Shown here: positions 49,956-63,710 of the stretch, piece after piece
Numbering within the stretch: the stretch's first letter is position 1
How the letters are laid out: every line of letters starts with the position of its first letter
Source: Chlorokybus atmophyticus
Taxonomy: Eukaryota > Plantae > Mesostigma and Chlorokybus algae
Assembly: GCA_009103225.1 (NCBI GenBank)
Contig: RHPI01001737.1
Location: forward strand, 508,286 to 572,285
Reading direction: 5' to 3'
Length of the DNA stretch: 64,000 nucleotides
The notes under the pieces: generated by a model
What the model saw: only the letters and a program-made list of their open reading frames with translations
Told to the model about the DNA's origin: nothing
The model's database searches: none
Made by a program: the position numbers and the translations under genes

Positions 49956-52900
49956 ATGGCTGAGGCGGAATTGCGACGCCGTCAGCCTGAGCAAAGGTCG
50001 TCATCAAGTTCGGGACTGCAGGCCCAAGGTAGTCTGCTGAAAAGGGCGTTGCAATGGAGCAGGCATCCCCTCAGAACCTTATCAAGTCGCAATCGTTCAG
50101 CTGCAAGGTGCGTACTTCCGCACACCTGCACCCATCAACTTGTTCCCTGCTGCATGTGTTGAGTTCATAGAGACTGATGATGCTGTGTGCACCCCAACAT
50201 TGCACCGCTGTGTTAGAGACAGTCTCTTGTCGCTGACTCTGCTCGCCTTCTTTGATCAGCTCCCAGCCTATTGGTCTGCTGAGAGATGTCCAGAAAACAG
50301 CGAGCGCCATGGCTTCTTCATTCAACTTCAATTGGGTACACTTCTTGCTGGTGCTGGTTGCAACTCGCGCATTGCAACATGTGCAAGCGTGGATTTGGCA
50401 GGAATGGGGGGCACTTGCGTGTAGTATTGCCACAAGCACACGATTGCTTGCAGATGGCTGCGCAAATGACTCCCCGCGATGGGCCAGCAACTTTCAACAT
50501 AAACGAATTGCTTGCTGTTGGTCCTGGAGTGCAGCGCATGGCTGTGGCGCTGCTGATTGCGTGGCTCGTGGGCATCATTAGGCTCTCGGCTTTGTGGCCT
50601 GTGCTGGTTTCCTCTTGGGCGATTTGGCTGGTATGCATGTAGCAAACGGCTGCGAGCTCGCTGCTTTGAACATCGCAGTACGAATTGTACACTTCCTTGA
50701 GTATCTTATACTCAAGGACTTGTATGTGTGGGTGTGGGTGTGCGTGCGCGTGTTGTCCAGATGGCGGATCGTCACTTTAAGCAGAAGCTCACCGCGGAGC
50801 GCCAGCAGTTCCTGTTGACACAGACTGACTTGCATGTAAGTGCTGCTTTGTACTAGCATGTTGCGCATGCTTTGATTTGTGGGCATCCAGCGTCGAGTTC
50901 AAAGCACTTTCGCATTGTAAGGGTTGCCCCTCATACAGCCACAAACGCCTGAAGAGTCTGTGGAGTGGCTGAACCGTTTGGCTGCCCTTCTCTGGCGGCA
51001 ATGGTTGGAGCCGTATTTTGCTGTAAAGCTCAGCAAACAACTGGCAAGCAAGCTGCTCAAGCAGCAATCCAAGTATGTGGTGAGCGGCTTGTGCTTCGCA
51101 CAACACACTATGTTGATCCTTACAAAGCTTGTGAGATGGGTTTGTAAAGGTTGACCTGTCACACTGACTGTCATCACCGGATTGCAAGGAAGATGCACAG
51201 TTACAGAGCTTCACGTTGGGGAGCGCTGCACCAGTGTTCAGCAATGCTCAGGTACGAACTTACTGGTTGCAAGACCATGCATGGGATCCGTGCCAGTAGC
51301 TTCAAGGACTTTGTGCATATGCCTAGCACAACACGTCCTGTTCGCCACCACCTTCTCTTATGGCATGCTGTCGTAGATGCTAAAGCACAAGGGTGATGTT
51401 GTCATGGAGATGGATGTGGAGTTTCGTTCAAGAGACATGCAGGTAATGACTGTGTTTGCACAATCAGCAACAGCCTGACAGACCGGCTGTGCATATGCAG
51501 GTGACGTTTGGTTTGAAACCCAACCTGAACTCAATTGGCATGGGCAAGACCACAGTGCGAGTATCTGATTGCCTCCTGGTTGGAAGGCTTCGCTTCAGGT
51601 GCGGCTCAGGTTGCTGACGGTCATAAGCCATTGTGCTTGTGCTTGTGCTTGTGGTCTGGGCATGCGTGGCGCATACTACATCAGTTTTGGTTTTGGTACT
51701 GGCATGCGTTGAGCCTGAACGCATCTGTTGCAGGCCGTGTTCGGAAGAACAGGTGGTATTAGCCTCCTTCGTCTGCAAGCCCACGCTCTCGCTTTCCATC
51801 AATGTCTCCGGTGTTATACTGACAAGCGTGCCACTGATCAACCACTGGCTGGTACTAGCCACTCTTGGCTGTAATCATGTTTGCGCTACTGAGGCCACCT
51901 CTCATATGCTTGTACTTGGCAGGAAGGCACGGTTCGTGCGGCAATGATAAAGAAAATGATCGAGCCTTATCGGTTGGCGATGGAGCTGCCAGCAATCTTT
52001 GGCCGAGTTGGTTAGAACCATGACAGTGCCGCTCTTGTGCATACATGTCGCTTCCGTGTTAGCATAGCTCATCAACAGCGGTTACACAGGGCCTTCACTT
52101 TATGATGAGCATCATAAGCATCCGCCAGAGCGAGGCAGCATCAGCATTTGGCTCCATGGCGCGACCCTACACTCGCGCTCTTCCAGTAAACCTTTACATG
52201 TTTTAGGCAACCAACCTCTAAGACTAGTTGTGCCGATCGATGAAGTGCTTGCAGCATGTCTGCCTACTGTCTCGCTAACTGCTCTCTTTAACGCAGGTAG
52301 TCCAATTATCGTGCAGATAAAGTCTGGCAAATGCAAACGGAGTGGGAATATGAACCCAACCCTTAACCCGCTGACTGTAGTCGGCAACGCCAAGGTACGC
52401 GTCCCAGTGGTGGTGCGCCACGGGCTGATGCAAAGCAGTATGTGGAGATGATTTTGTGAGGAGAAACCGTCGGCGGGGAGTCGCACCAGCTGTTGTGCTT
52501 GGCAGGAGGCGCACCAGGTTCCAACTTTGGATCGATCGGGCAGTGTTCTTTTCACTGTGCTGGAGCAACACAAGGATAGGAAAAGCAGCATGCAGGCAGA
52601 GCGTCTCATAGTTGTGGGAACTGCATTCTTCCAGGTCAGTATGGTCCTAACGTGAGGCTTCTTCTCGTGCGTGGAGATATACATGTTTGTTGGGCATGTT
52701 ACAAGTCATCATACCTATTAACCTCTCGCCAACTGCACCCTTGCACGAACTTGTTCCGTCCATGACAGTTCAAGTGGATGCGCGATGGAAGAACATGCTT
52801 TTGGCATAATAGTACCAAGCACAAGCCTGTGCTGCGTAAAACTGATGGAGTTTTACCCATGCGCATAGCGATCACAACCAATGATGGGGGTACAGAAGTA

Positions 52901-55032
52901 GGCGCGCTCGACATTGAGGTGCAACCTAGCTGGTGAGCTTTTGGTTGTGGGAAACAAGCACTATGCAAAGCGGTGTTGCTGTGACAGGTAGACGTCGATC
53001 AATGCCTTGTGCTGATTGCTGTTGCGACAGGTTGAATCTGAAGGCTCCATCTATCAAACTTGCTACAGTTCATTCTGCGGACTCCGTTGTAGAAACTATT
53101 ATGGCAGCAAGGGAGGGTTACTGGCTTGTGACTCTGCTCGAAGGACGAGGCTTAATACCCAAGGACATGAACGGTAAGACACATTGGTCGCTTATACTTC
53201 CACAGCGCTGTTGTGCAGTACCTGGCAGGCACTTATGTCCCAATGTCCGCAGGCAAGTCAGACCCTTACGTGCAGCTGCAAGTGGGTTCCACAAAGCGTG
53301 TATCCCGTGTCCAGCGCGGCACTCTTCATCCCGTCTGGAACCAGTTGTTTACCTTTGCCAAAGGAGACAAACTAAGCCTACTGGCGTTTGATCACGATCT
53401 GATGCGCGATGATGACTTCCTTGGGATGGCAGAGTTAGACTTGTTTAAGTACCGAGATTTTCAGGTTCGTACTTTGTGCAGCCAACAGTTTTTTCCGTTT
53501 GGCGAATTTGACATGCACAAGCGTCAATAACTGTAACCGTGGTAGGTGCCTCGCCAGCTGAGAGTTACAGAACAGAACAACATGACATGGCATTGCTTTG
53601 CTCACAGGTGCACGATCTCTGGGTCCCTCTACAAGGCGTCGCTTCTGGAGAAATCCACATCAGGTTGGCATTTGAGAGGCAGCATGTCGACGACTCTGTG
53701 GTTGACGAGGCCAAGGCTGCGGTACAGTCAGATGCAGCGCCAAATGTTCGCAGCAGAAGGCCGTTGGAACTACAATTGGACATGATTCAGGAGCAACTGA
53801 CTGTTTTTAACGGTGACCAGTCTTCACCAGGTGATGACTGCGGGGTGTTGCACATTGGGCGTGCGTGTGTTCATCACTGACCATACATGTTCCTGAGTAC
53901 ATGTCCTTAAATACATGTTCTCGTGTACATGCCTGCTCAAAGACAAACTTGGCTATGCAGGATATTCCGAAGACAGCCTTTCTGAGTACTCTTTGACAGG
54001 TAACAGCCTACCAACGCCAAGTAGCAGCACCCATCCCATCCTGCGAGAAAGTGTCGAGGAGGAGCCGGTAAAGGCAAATGGGTTGGAAGGTTTCTTGTTG
54101 ACGGCGACTCTGATCAAGGCACGACATCTGCACAAGGGCCACCTGTCGTTGTTTACTGTAAGTGTCTCACGCACTGCTGCATACTGCTGTCAGCAACATG
54201 CAGTTCACCTGCCCTGGTTGGGTTCAGAAAGATCCATGAGTGTGTATTTTGTGCTGCAGGGGAAGATTGACGCGTACTGCAAGCTCATATGTGGCGGCAC
54301 AACCTTCAAGACTTCAGTTCAGCACAACAGCGCTGACCCAGAGTGGGGGGTGAGCCAATCGTTCATTGCTGCTCAACCATTGCAATGAGATTTCAGAAAC
54401 GCAAATAAGACACTTTACTGTGCTACAGGAGACCTTTGCGTTCCATTTGTCAGCTCACCCGTCAAGGTGGCATCGACACCAACACGACTCAGTGCTGCTC
54501 ATCGTTTGCAAGGTATTATTATTCCATCGTTAAGTTGGTTGGTAACAAGAGTGACATACATTGCGTGTAAAAGCCTGAGGCCGTAAGCTCCGTGCGATGC
54601 AGGATAAAAGCTATCTTGGCCGCGCTGGTCTGACACTGGGTCACTGTGTGGTGCCATTGACTAAACTCGTCATCAATAAATTGGTGGAAGAGTGGCTGCC
54701 GTTGGACGGTCATCGCCATCGTGGGGAGCTTCTGTTACGCCTAGAGCTGCATGAGGTGCGCACATTGTCACAGCAGCATTCAACCACAATCTCTCTCAAC
54801 TGCTTGCATTGTGCTTGGTGAGCAACATGTGTTTTCAGCTGACATCCAACGACGATTTGACCCTACTCATAGTTCTCACATGTTACTTTCAGTGATGGCA
54901 TGCATTTGTTGCTTGCTATGTAACGACTCTGTCTGTCTGAAGTACGCGCTTGTGTCACTATAATTACACATGCAGGCGCAAGCTGCTGGAGTGTCCATTA
55001 CAAGCCCCGGAAACAGGACAACCGGGAGCTAG
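49956..55032 (+). CDS. Synaptotagmin-like / extended-synaptotagmin protein: N-terminal TM, SMP lipid-transfer domain, multiple C2 domains; many exons
   Basis: TM segment AVALLIAWLVGIIRLSALW. SMP: EESVEWLNRLAALLWRQW. C2: VTLLEGRGLIPKDMN|GKSDPYV..TLHPVWNQLF..AFDHDLMRDDDFLG and GKIDAYCKL..ADPEWG..EEWLPL. Confidence 0.9.
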
Positions 55033-56860
55033 GCTGTTGAAGTCTTGCAATGTGCTGGTAGTTGTATAGCGCGTTTAGGCTGAGAGCAGCTGTTGTCTGC
55101 TGTGTTAGTGCCTGCAGATTAGTCATCATGGACGCGTACTGCATCTATTTGGCGGTGCATAGGTCAATAGTTTGCACAGCAGGCATGCGTTGCTGGTCAT
55201 GCTGGAGTTCTTAGCCTAGCAGTTACATGCCATCTGTCCACCAGCCCCAGGTGAGGAGTATACATATGGGTTGTGGTTGTAATGGGTGTTGTGGTGACAC
55301 AGTGTTGACACCACAGTGTTGACATCGCAGTTGACGCAGTATTGACACCAACAAGGTTGTTATGCCAATACATTCGGGAATACCACTTGGTGGTGTGATG
55401 AGTTGCATGATGTACTAGCTTGCACCCTGCTCTTTCCATGGGTACTAGTTGGTTCGAAGCGATAGATGGCGTTACTGCAGTTCCGTATACGGTATAAAGA
55501 GTGATGCAAAAGTAGTAGTAGGCATTGCACAATAGGCTATCCACAGCACTGCTCTGCACAGCACTGTTAAAAAAGGTAGAAGTTACAAATTTGGCTAGGG
55601 GGTGTAGTTACCAAACTCACAACCTAACTAGCCCATCTCTAAGCTGAGGTATGTGCTTGCGTGCGTGCAAATGCGGCAGTTGGTGCAAGCAGGGAGACGG
55701 GAGCGGTAGGTGGACAACCTGCAGTTCTGGGGCTCAACGCCTCATACAACCACGCGCAAACCAAAAGCAGCTGCACTGATGGCTCTTTCAAGGTTGTGCG
55801 TCTTCATGGCCAGTGGCACAACAAGTCAGAGGGGTATCCTACTATGATTTTGCAACTTGCCTCTTTCCTTGCTCGCACGCTACATAATCATCTGACGCTT
55901 GTGGCACTGTGATCGTCACGTTAAATGGCAATCTGATGCCATTGCATGATTGGACAGTCAAATGTCATTATGATATCGTAACATCAACCAATAAACACCT
56001 TGGAACATCATGTACCGATGTGGTGCTTGCAATATGTGGTGCCGAGGTGGTTGGCATGGGAATTAATCTCTATATGTGTCGTCACGTTTCCATCATGATG
56101 TACATGTAAAGCAACATAGAAGCAATGCTCCACATGCATTAACATTTTACATTTGGGGGGCGCCCAGACCAGCGCTTAGCTGCTAGCAAACCGACAGGCT
56201 AACACTAGGCAAGCTAGTACGAAACCAGCAGGTTAGGTGCTTATTCAGCAGGAGGCAGGGCAGGGGATCAAGGATGTAAGGGCAGAACGGGGTACATGTG
56301 CGGTGTGTAAGCGTTAATGGTGTAATCGAGAGCAACTCGCGCAGTGCGGCATTGTGACACATTTGTGTTGGTTGTTGCATACAACAACGAGTGTTTGTAT
56401 GTACCTGTGAATAAACAGCAATCAGGTAGCTGCGTCAGCGTTGATGTGAATATTACAACTGCTGATGCAAAGCAAAAAAGCGGAGACTATGGTCGTAAAC
56501 GATCAAATGATCGCATACAACCGCTGAAGCAATGCTGCATACACCGAGCATGCAAGCAACCTGTTATTACATATCACAGCGACACCGCGAGGTGCAATTG
56601 ATGACGCCATGAATGATGATACAACAAACTATTTTGACATAGACTGCAGTTGTGGCAGCTGTGAAAAAGACCACCCTTGCGCAAACCTCTCGCCACCACA
56701 AGGGCAACTACACCACTGCCCTGCACCAACCCCGCAAGGCAGTGCCATAGCTGCTACCAACCAACACAGCGCATGAGCAAATATGAAAGCACAATGATGT
56801 GCAACAACCGATGCGTCATTATGTGCAATACATGTGAGTGACGGTGGCCTGTGATGAGAC

Positions 56861-58585
56861 TTAAGTCACCTTGAAACTGTCCAGCATCTCCTGCTCGAGA
56901 ACATGCAAGTCGCCAGCTATCACTAGGGAATGTAGGGGTGCACCCAAGTTCGCGGTAAGCAAATCTTCTAGAGTCCCCGCCACAATTTGCTGAGTGGAAA
57001 GGCCAATGCGTGCGAGACCAACTGCTGTAGTCTCGCGTCCATATGCTGCATACAAGCGCTTGTGGGTTTGTAACGAGTAGCCAGGCTGGGCATGGCACTT
57101 ATAACAACACTTACCGCCCTCTTGTCGCTTGTCTTCTACTTCAAGCAACTGTTCCGCAGCAACACTCACTGACATGTATCGCGGCGGCTCATACTCCTTC
57201 CTTCCTCTAAAACATAACACTCGATAAGCCTTCACAAGCCACATGCACATGATACTGCATGCAAATACGTGAGCTTGACGCACACGCACACGCTACTAGA
57301 GACGGTGACAGCAGCAGAAAACCAGTCACAAACCTGCACAACGCCTCCATTGACGGCTCTTTGACTTTGATATCTGTTGCAACAGCTTTCATGAGCCACT
57401 GTCAACGTACACTAGGACCTCCGCGCACCGCAGGCAGCATTGGTATGCACACCTAACAGACACAATGTGTGTAGCCCCCGCGATCGATTGGCTTGTATGC
57501 GATCATAGAAAGAGTCCGGACGCCAGGTGTCTGTGAAAAACGGGATGGAGACTGTTTCACCGAACCGATATAGCTGCAGCCCGCATGCCCCCACCTGTCT
57601 AAGCAGCAAGACGTTATGACGTATGATGACAACTGTGGTGTCGAATAACCTGTTACACTTGAACTAGAATGCCTGCACTGTATGTGTATTAAACGCCCCA
57701 ACAATGACCTACCGCGTTAAGAATGGACGCATTGTGCACGACGGACACCTTCACACCCATCGCTCGCGCTCGTAGCAGCAAGTCTGCATGCGTTGTGGCC
57801 CTAGTCAACCAACAGCAACCTCATGAACAAGCTGATGGTGTTGCACGGCCACAATGTAGTGAGGTCTTAGCTCAAAAAGATGATGCAATGATGCAAAGGA
57901 GCACTGGTACAACCCATGGCAGCTGCGCCACCACTAAGAGCCCGTGCATGCGTGCTGGTGTTGGGTCCCTTACCCAAACGGGTCGCCAACCACGAGGAAA
58001 GCAACATCAGTCGACTGGGCTTCGGTCAAGATCTCATCCGCTTGCTGCTCCACCATCTCGCGATCAGCAACAATCACGTCCTTCTCATACAGCGCTTCCT
58101 GCGCATGCCAGTGCACAGTGTCACACCTGAACACTGAAAGACCGACAGCAGTACGTCTGTACTTGTTGCCATGTGATTGGCTGTGAAAGCAACAAGCAGC
58201 AGGTTAGAACACATGGCTTGTCTGTTGCATTGCACTCGACCGTGCATGCAGACACATGCCTATTGCGTTAGACACATGTCTATTATGCAGGAGTGTGACA
58301 ACACCTCGCTTCAAGCACCGGTCAATTTAGCTTACGAGTCAAAAAGCATTCTATATGTACATTGAGGAAACCAGCCCTGTTTGCGGCGAGTGTCAGCTAC
58401 CTCGGAGTATGCATGCATGCATGCCTCTGGCCTCACAGAGCGTGACTCACCAGTTTGGCCTTGTCGACACCCAGGACGGAGGTGTACATCTCCAGGTACA
58501 CCTTCTGGCAGCCCTTCACCGCCTTCAGGCCCTTGAGGGTGATGTCCTCCTCGTCGCCTAGCCCCAGGCCGATGAGCCATAGCAT
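56861..58585 (-). CDS. DPH5: Diphthine methyl ester synthase; multi-exon
   Basis: [96 protein letters not shown]. Confidence 0.96.
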
Positions 58586-59601
58586 GCTGACGGGCGGCGG
58601 CGGCGCTGCTGCTGCTGCTGCTGCTGCTGCTGTCTCCTTCCTGATAGTCAACTTCAGCTTCCTCCAGCTACTCGTACAGTCACACTCAAAGGATAAGCCA
58701 GTGAAAACCACCGCCGCCGCCACCACCACCGCCGCTGCCGCCGCCGGAAACAGCAGGTGGCATATCTACCACAGCTTTGCCTGATTCCGCCCGCGCATTG
58801 ATATCTTCTGCAGCATTGCTTAGAATAGCGGCAAGCATCGCTTGCCAACCGACGGCACAGCTCTGCTGTAACAGCAGGCGTTGTGGCAGGTGCAAGGTCG
58901 TCAGGCTGCCGCCGCCGCCGCCGCACCCCCTCCACCTTGCTTCGCTGTGCCTGCTGTGTCATTGCGTCACTGAGCTGCTGCTAGCCACAAGCAAGCAGGT
59001 ATGTAACAGGCGATTTGTTTGTCGTCACCAAGACCAGGAGGAGCAGCTCTCCTCTGCGGCTGGATGCCCTGGTAGAGTCGGTGTTATGGTTGGCTATACA
59101 ATTAGGCCACCCCTGTGCAGCGCTGTAAGCTGCGTGACAGGTTTCATGTTTCAGCAGCAGCTTCTCAATGCCATGCATGCACTGGTGCACGGTGTGCTCA
59201 AAGCTCTCAAACTTTTTGCGGGTTGCGGTTGCACCAGTGCGGCACAGCTGAGGTCTAGTTGCAATCGGCTCGTTGAAATGTTGTGGTGTGTGGTGTGGTG
59301 TGTTCACGTCAGGCTGGATCATTGTTGACGATCGAGGCAAGGTTAGTTGCTGGGTTTGGGGCTTGCTCAACTCCAGTGCGCAGGCACATGCATGCCATGC
59401 TTTGTGCGCCTTTCACAGCAGATGTTGCCTGCTCATGCTTTCTGTGGTAGTCACTTCACTTATAGTGTTGTAGCAGCACCAAGCTCGCTCCAGCTTCAAC
59501 GTGCATGCGATCAAGTTGGTCGTCTCACATTTATTATGCTAGGAAACAGACCGTCAGTGTGTACACTGAGGCACGCTGTGCACAGCACAGAAACACAAGC
59601 C

Positions 59602-60354
59602 ATGGTGCAGTCTGGCGTGTGCAGTAATTGCAGCTGCTGGTACCGAGACTCTGACCATGTTGAGGGCAACTACTATGACTGCGCGTTGGTGTGCGATTGG
59701 TGTCGAGACGGTCGGACATGGCGCAGCCCCAGACATGCGGCGCAGCATCTAGCTGATAAGCACCTGTGGTGCGACAGCTGCAGGGCATACGTAGACTTCC
59801 CGGATCTAGACGACCACAATTGGATTGTACACAGAACATCTCCTCATCGCTGCAAACCGTAAGTAGTACTGGGTGTTGATCACTTGATCTTCTCAGAGCA
59901 AGTACTTGCGACTGCCATGCATGCTATACCTAGTCGTGAGAAGCTGTCCATAGTGCCACTGTGATATTGGCCCGCTCTGCATGGCAATGCATTACAAGCC
60001 CAATGTCTGCGTGTCCACAGCTGCAACATGGTTCGTTTTGTGTGGTTTGGTCTCGCTTGTTAATTGATACATGCATGCCGCTAACGGTCGTGTGTTTGCA
60101 GCTGCAATAAGGCTTTCCGCAATGCTCACGCGCTGCAGCAGCATATGCACTCAACTGCTCATCGGGACGACTTGCGCTCCCCTTGCACTCAATGCGGGCG
60201 TGTTTTTGCAAGCCCGTCCGCACTGGTTCAACACATGGAGCACCCTGCAAGCACGTGCTATATGGACATGCGACCAGTGGCGCGTTCGTTACGCGCGAGA
60301 GGCTCGATGGCATTGCGAGCACCCAGTTCTGTGCAATCGATAGAGTGGTTTTGA
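59602..60354 (+). CDS. C2H2 zinc-finger protein, 2 exons (intron ~59860-60103)
   Basis: CDWC..AAQHLADKH, CDSC..LDDHNWIVH, CKP|CNKAFRNAHALQQHMHSTAH, CTQCGRVFASPSALVQHME. The gtaagt..ttgcag junction joins in frame. Confidence 0.85.
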
Positions 60355-60677
60355 TTCGGCTCATGTGTGGTGAGGTTTCGTGCAATGTTTGTACAGGAAC
60401 AGCGATGCAAACACATGGCGTGAAGAGTGTTGCGGTGACAGCTATTGCTGAATGGTTTATGTCACGAGACAGTTGTCCTGCCGTCATGCCACTACTGTAC
60501 TTGATGGAGGCTTATGATATGCGTGTAAACATATGCATCATTGATGCACATGTGTACAGCAAGCGGAAGAAGCGCAGGGAGGCCGAGGGAGAGGAGAGGG
60601 CGAGGGAGTTGTCGTTGCTGCGGCTCATGTTGACGTTATGGGCAACTATCAACCGCTAACCATGCCCCATGTGGGCA

Positions 60678-60942
60678 GGTACTACATGCATGTACTGACT
60701 GCTATGGCTAACGGGGTGTGGGTAGTAGAGTAGGTAGTGAAGTTTGTGAGTAATAGTAGCCCGGTGGTTTACATGAACAGTGTAAACTGCATGTTGACAT
60801 CATGCTGAGTCCATTGCATGTGTCGTGCATGTGCATACGTGTCGCGCATTTTCTGCACATTGATAATGTACACATGTATGTCTAACGGGGCGGGCTAGCA
60901 TTGGTATAGTATAGCAAGCAGCCATAGAACTAGCCCGGTGGT
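60678..60942 (+). repeat. Two tandem copies (~174 bp period) of the same dispersed repeat
   Basis: CTAACGGGG at 60708 and 60882; TAGCCCGGTGGT at 60757 and 60931. Confidence 0.7.
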
Positions 60943-61757
60943 CAAGTCTGATGTGTAAAGCGTGTGTATGCTTGTGCTGATGCATGTCATTCGCATTGTC
61001 TGCACACCATGCATGCTGCCACCGCACCATACCCCTAAAATACATAATTACCAACCGGTAGCGGTCAATGCGTTTGAAGGCAAGCAACATGCACACAATA
61101 TTGCAAGTGTCAGAAATCAGCTTGCCTGATTAACCACATTATGCACTTGCGAGTTGTACACTGTAGTACCGGTTCAGTAACTTGGCAGTTACTGCTGCTG
61201 CCATATATAATTGATTCGACTTTGGGCTTAGCCTGATGCAATACTAGTGTTGGTGCTTACGACTGGTTCATTGTTGTTTATGTAGTGACTCATCATGCCT
61301 TCGCAATCCCCATGCAATCTTCTCTCTCCTCTCAGATTCACAAACGTACACGTGTTTTCTCACACAGCATTATGTAAAATTTACCAAGCCACACACGACA
61401 AAACCAGAACTGAAACAACACATCCCCCTCCCCTTTCCCCTCTCAACCTTCACCAGATCCTCCATTGTTGTTGTTAATGTTGTTGCCATTGAAACAACAA
61501 TTGGTACAAGTGCAGGGGAGACTGTATGTGGGTGGTGGGGACCATGGCACGCGTACACGCACATATCCTCCCATCAACGCACGCACGCACCCATGCACGC
61601 ACACGCACACACGCCCACCCACCCACGTTTCCTCACCTTGTGATGTGGGGAAAGGATGAGGGGACAGTGCTGTTGACACACAAGAAGAGCTGCCCAACTT
61701 GTGAAACGTACAACAAGCGTGCCGGTTGTTGCTGCAACCTAGAGGGTGGTGGGGACA

Positions 61758-61792
61758 CAACCACAACCGCAACCACAACCACAACCACAACG
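61758..61792. repeat. (ACCACA)n hexanucleotide repeat
   Basis: acaaccacaaccgcaaccacaaccacaaccacaac. Confidence 0.85.
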
Positions 61793-63687
61793 TAAGGGTG
61801 GTGGCGAGAGGAGGGGGTGAAGGAGAGGGCGAGAGCTGAGCCCCCCGAACCACACAACCAAAAGGCGTGCAGCACATGCGAGCGATGGCGGCTGAGATCA
61901 AGAAGCGCGTCACCATAGCTCTGATGACGATAGTGTGCGTGTACGCGCTTGCCAGTGAGCATGTGCTTGTGCGTATGTGTTGACAAACGAGTGAATATGC
62001 TGTTAGCGAGCAAACAACTCCAGGTGCAAGGGGAGGTGGAGGCGATGCGCAGCGAGATGACGACACTGATGGAGCAGGCGAGGCAGGAGCTTGCCCGCCA
62101 ACAGCACAGCACAACAGCAACAAAGACAACAGCATTGGCACCTTTCAGCTTGTGACGTTGACATTGTTGTTGGGGGGTGGTTGCTGACATCTTGTTGTGT
62201 GCTCGTGGGAGGGGGGAAGTGATGAGAAAGGCTCTTGTGGACTTGAGGGCCAAGGCGACCCTTGTTGCGGTGGCCTGTACACATGTCCGACCGATGGTGT
62301 GTAGACACTCCCGTCGCTAAGAGAGTTGCGCATGCACGCGCGTGCACACGAACATACACGTACGCCCGCACACATGATGACATCTTCTTGTTCAAATCAG
62401 TGACATGAGCGGCGAGAGCGCGGAGTGTGGCCGCATTATCGGAGCCGAGCCCACAACACAAAGTCATCCAAAGTCCGGCTTGCCCTTCGTGCGAGCCTAT
62501 GCGTGTGCGGGTTGGTGGGATGTATCAGGCAAGGCCACGTGCGGCAGCGGAGACCATGACGGAGGGCAACCTGAATGAGGAGGACACCACCCTTGTTCCA
62601 AAGAGCGAGGTGCTGCGTGTACACATGTGTGGTAACCCAACTGCCAGCAGCACCGAACTGCCAATGACACCAATCTGCCAGCAGAACAGCTCACCCACCC
62701 GAACGGCCCTGCACGTAGGCAGCGCACAGCGACGGTTACGGTAGAATGGCAGCATGAGCGGCGAGATGCAGAGAGTGGCGGGGAAGAGGGAGAGGGAGAG
62801 CGATAGGGAGGGAGTCGTCGTCATTGTGAACTGCCATGTTGCCCGTTGACACCAGCGACTAGCAGCAGCACGTGCGGGCAGGTAATGACAAACGTGTGCA
62901 TGGACATGCATGCATCTAACAGGGAAGGCTGGTAGCTGGTAGTTTAGTGCAGTAGGTTAGCGCGGTGGTGACAACGGTGAGATGTATATACTAGTATGCA
63001 AGTAGTGCTTGAGTGGTTGTTGCGCATTAAATGTGTTTGCCTATTAGCACGTCATGTATCCTGTACACATGTGTGGTTGTGCATGTGCTTGCATAGGTGT
63101 ATGTATGCGTGTGGGACATGCGTGTGGTAGACCAATGCATGGCGGCAATGCTGTGTGCTTCAACAGGCATGATTGGATACACACGCGCACACACACACGC
63201 ACTCATATGTGCACGCACACAAAGGCACACACACCATCACACCCACTTGTTTTCCCATGTGCTGGGGCAGCTTCCAACTAAATTGACAGAAGGGGAGCGG
63301 GGGTGCCAGGCTACAGGTGGAAAGGTGTGAACCACGTTGGTCGGCAGAACAGCGTGTCGGAGGAGACTGTATTGTAAGAGTGTGAGGGTGCTACACTGTA
63401 TGGAATTGCTTTTTCTCCGCGCAATGCATAGACTCCGCAAGCAACAGCGTTGTTGCTGTGGCTGCTGCTTGAACACAAAGGTCTCTTTGTCAGCTCGCTC
63501 TCTCTCACTCCCACTGTCACCTGCTGAGGTTGCGCGTGCGAGCCGAGGAGAGGGGATCTGTCCCAAGGTGCTCTGGGATGATGTAGGGTTCTAGCAGGAG
63601 GCAGAAGTGGTGGGGTGGGGTGGGGAGCAGTTGCGGTTGCTATTGTAGAGGTCGACGTCAATGGCATTTTGCGTCAGGGCGTCAAGA

Positions 63688-63710
63688 TCAACAACAACAA
63701 CAACAACAAC
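63688..63710. repeat. (CAA)n trinucleotide repeat
   Basis: About 7 caa units. Confidence 0.9.

Noticed and set aside
58777-59328. 183-aa plus-strand ORF upstream of the C2H2 gene
   Set aside because: Crosses splice-donor-like sites in a probable 5' UTR or promoter region; no domain signal.
60886-60945. tRNA A-box-like TAGCATTGG within the repeat, suggesting a tRNA or SINE
   Set aside because: No B-box or cloverleaf found, and the motif is not conserved in other copies.
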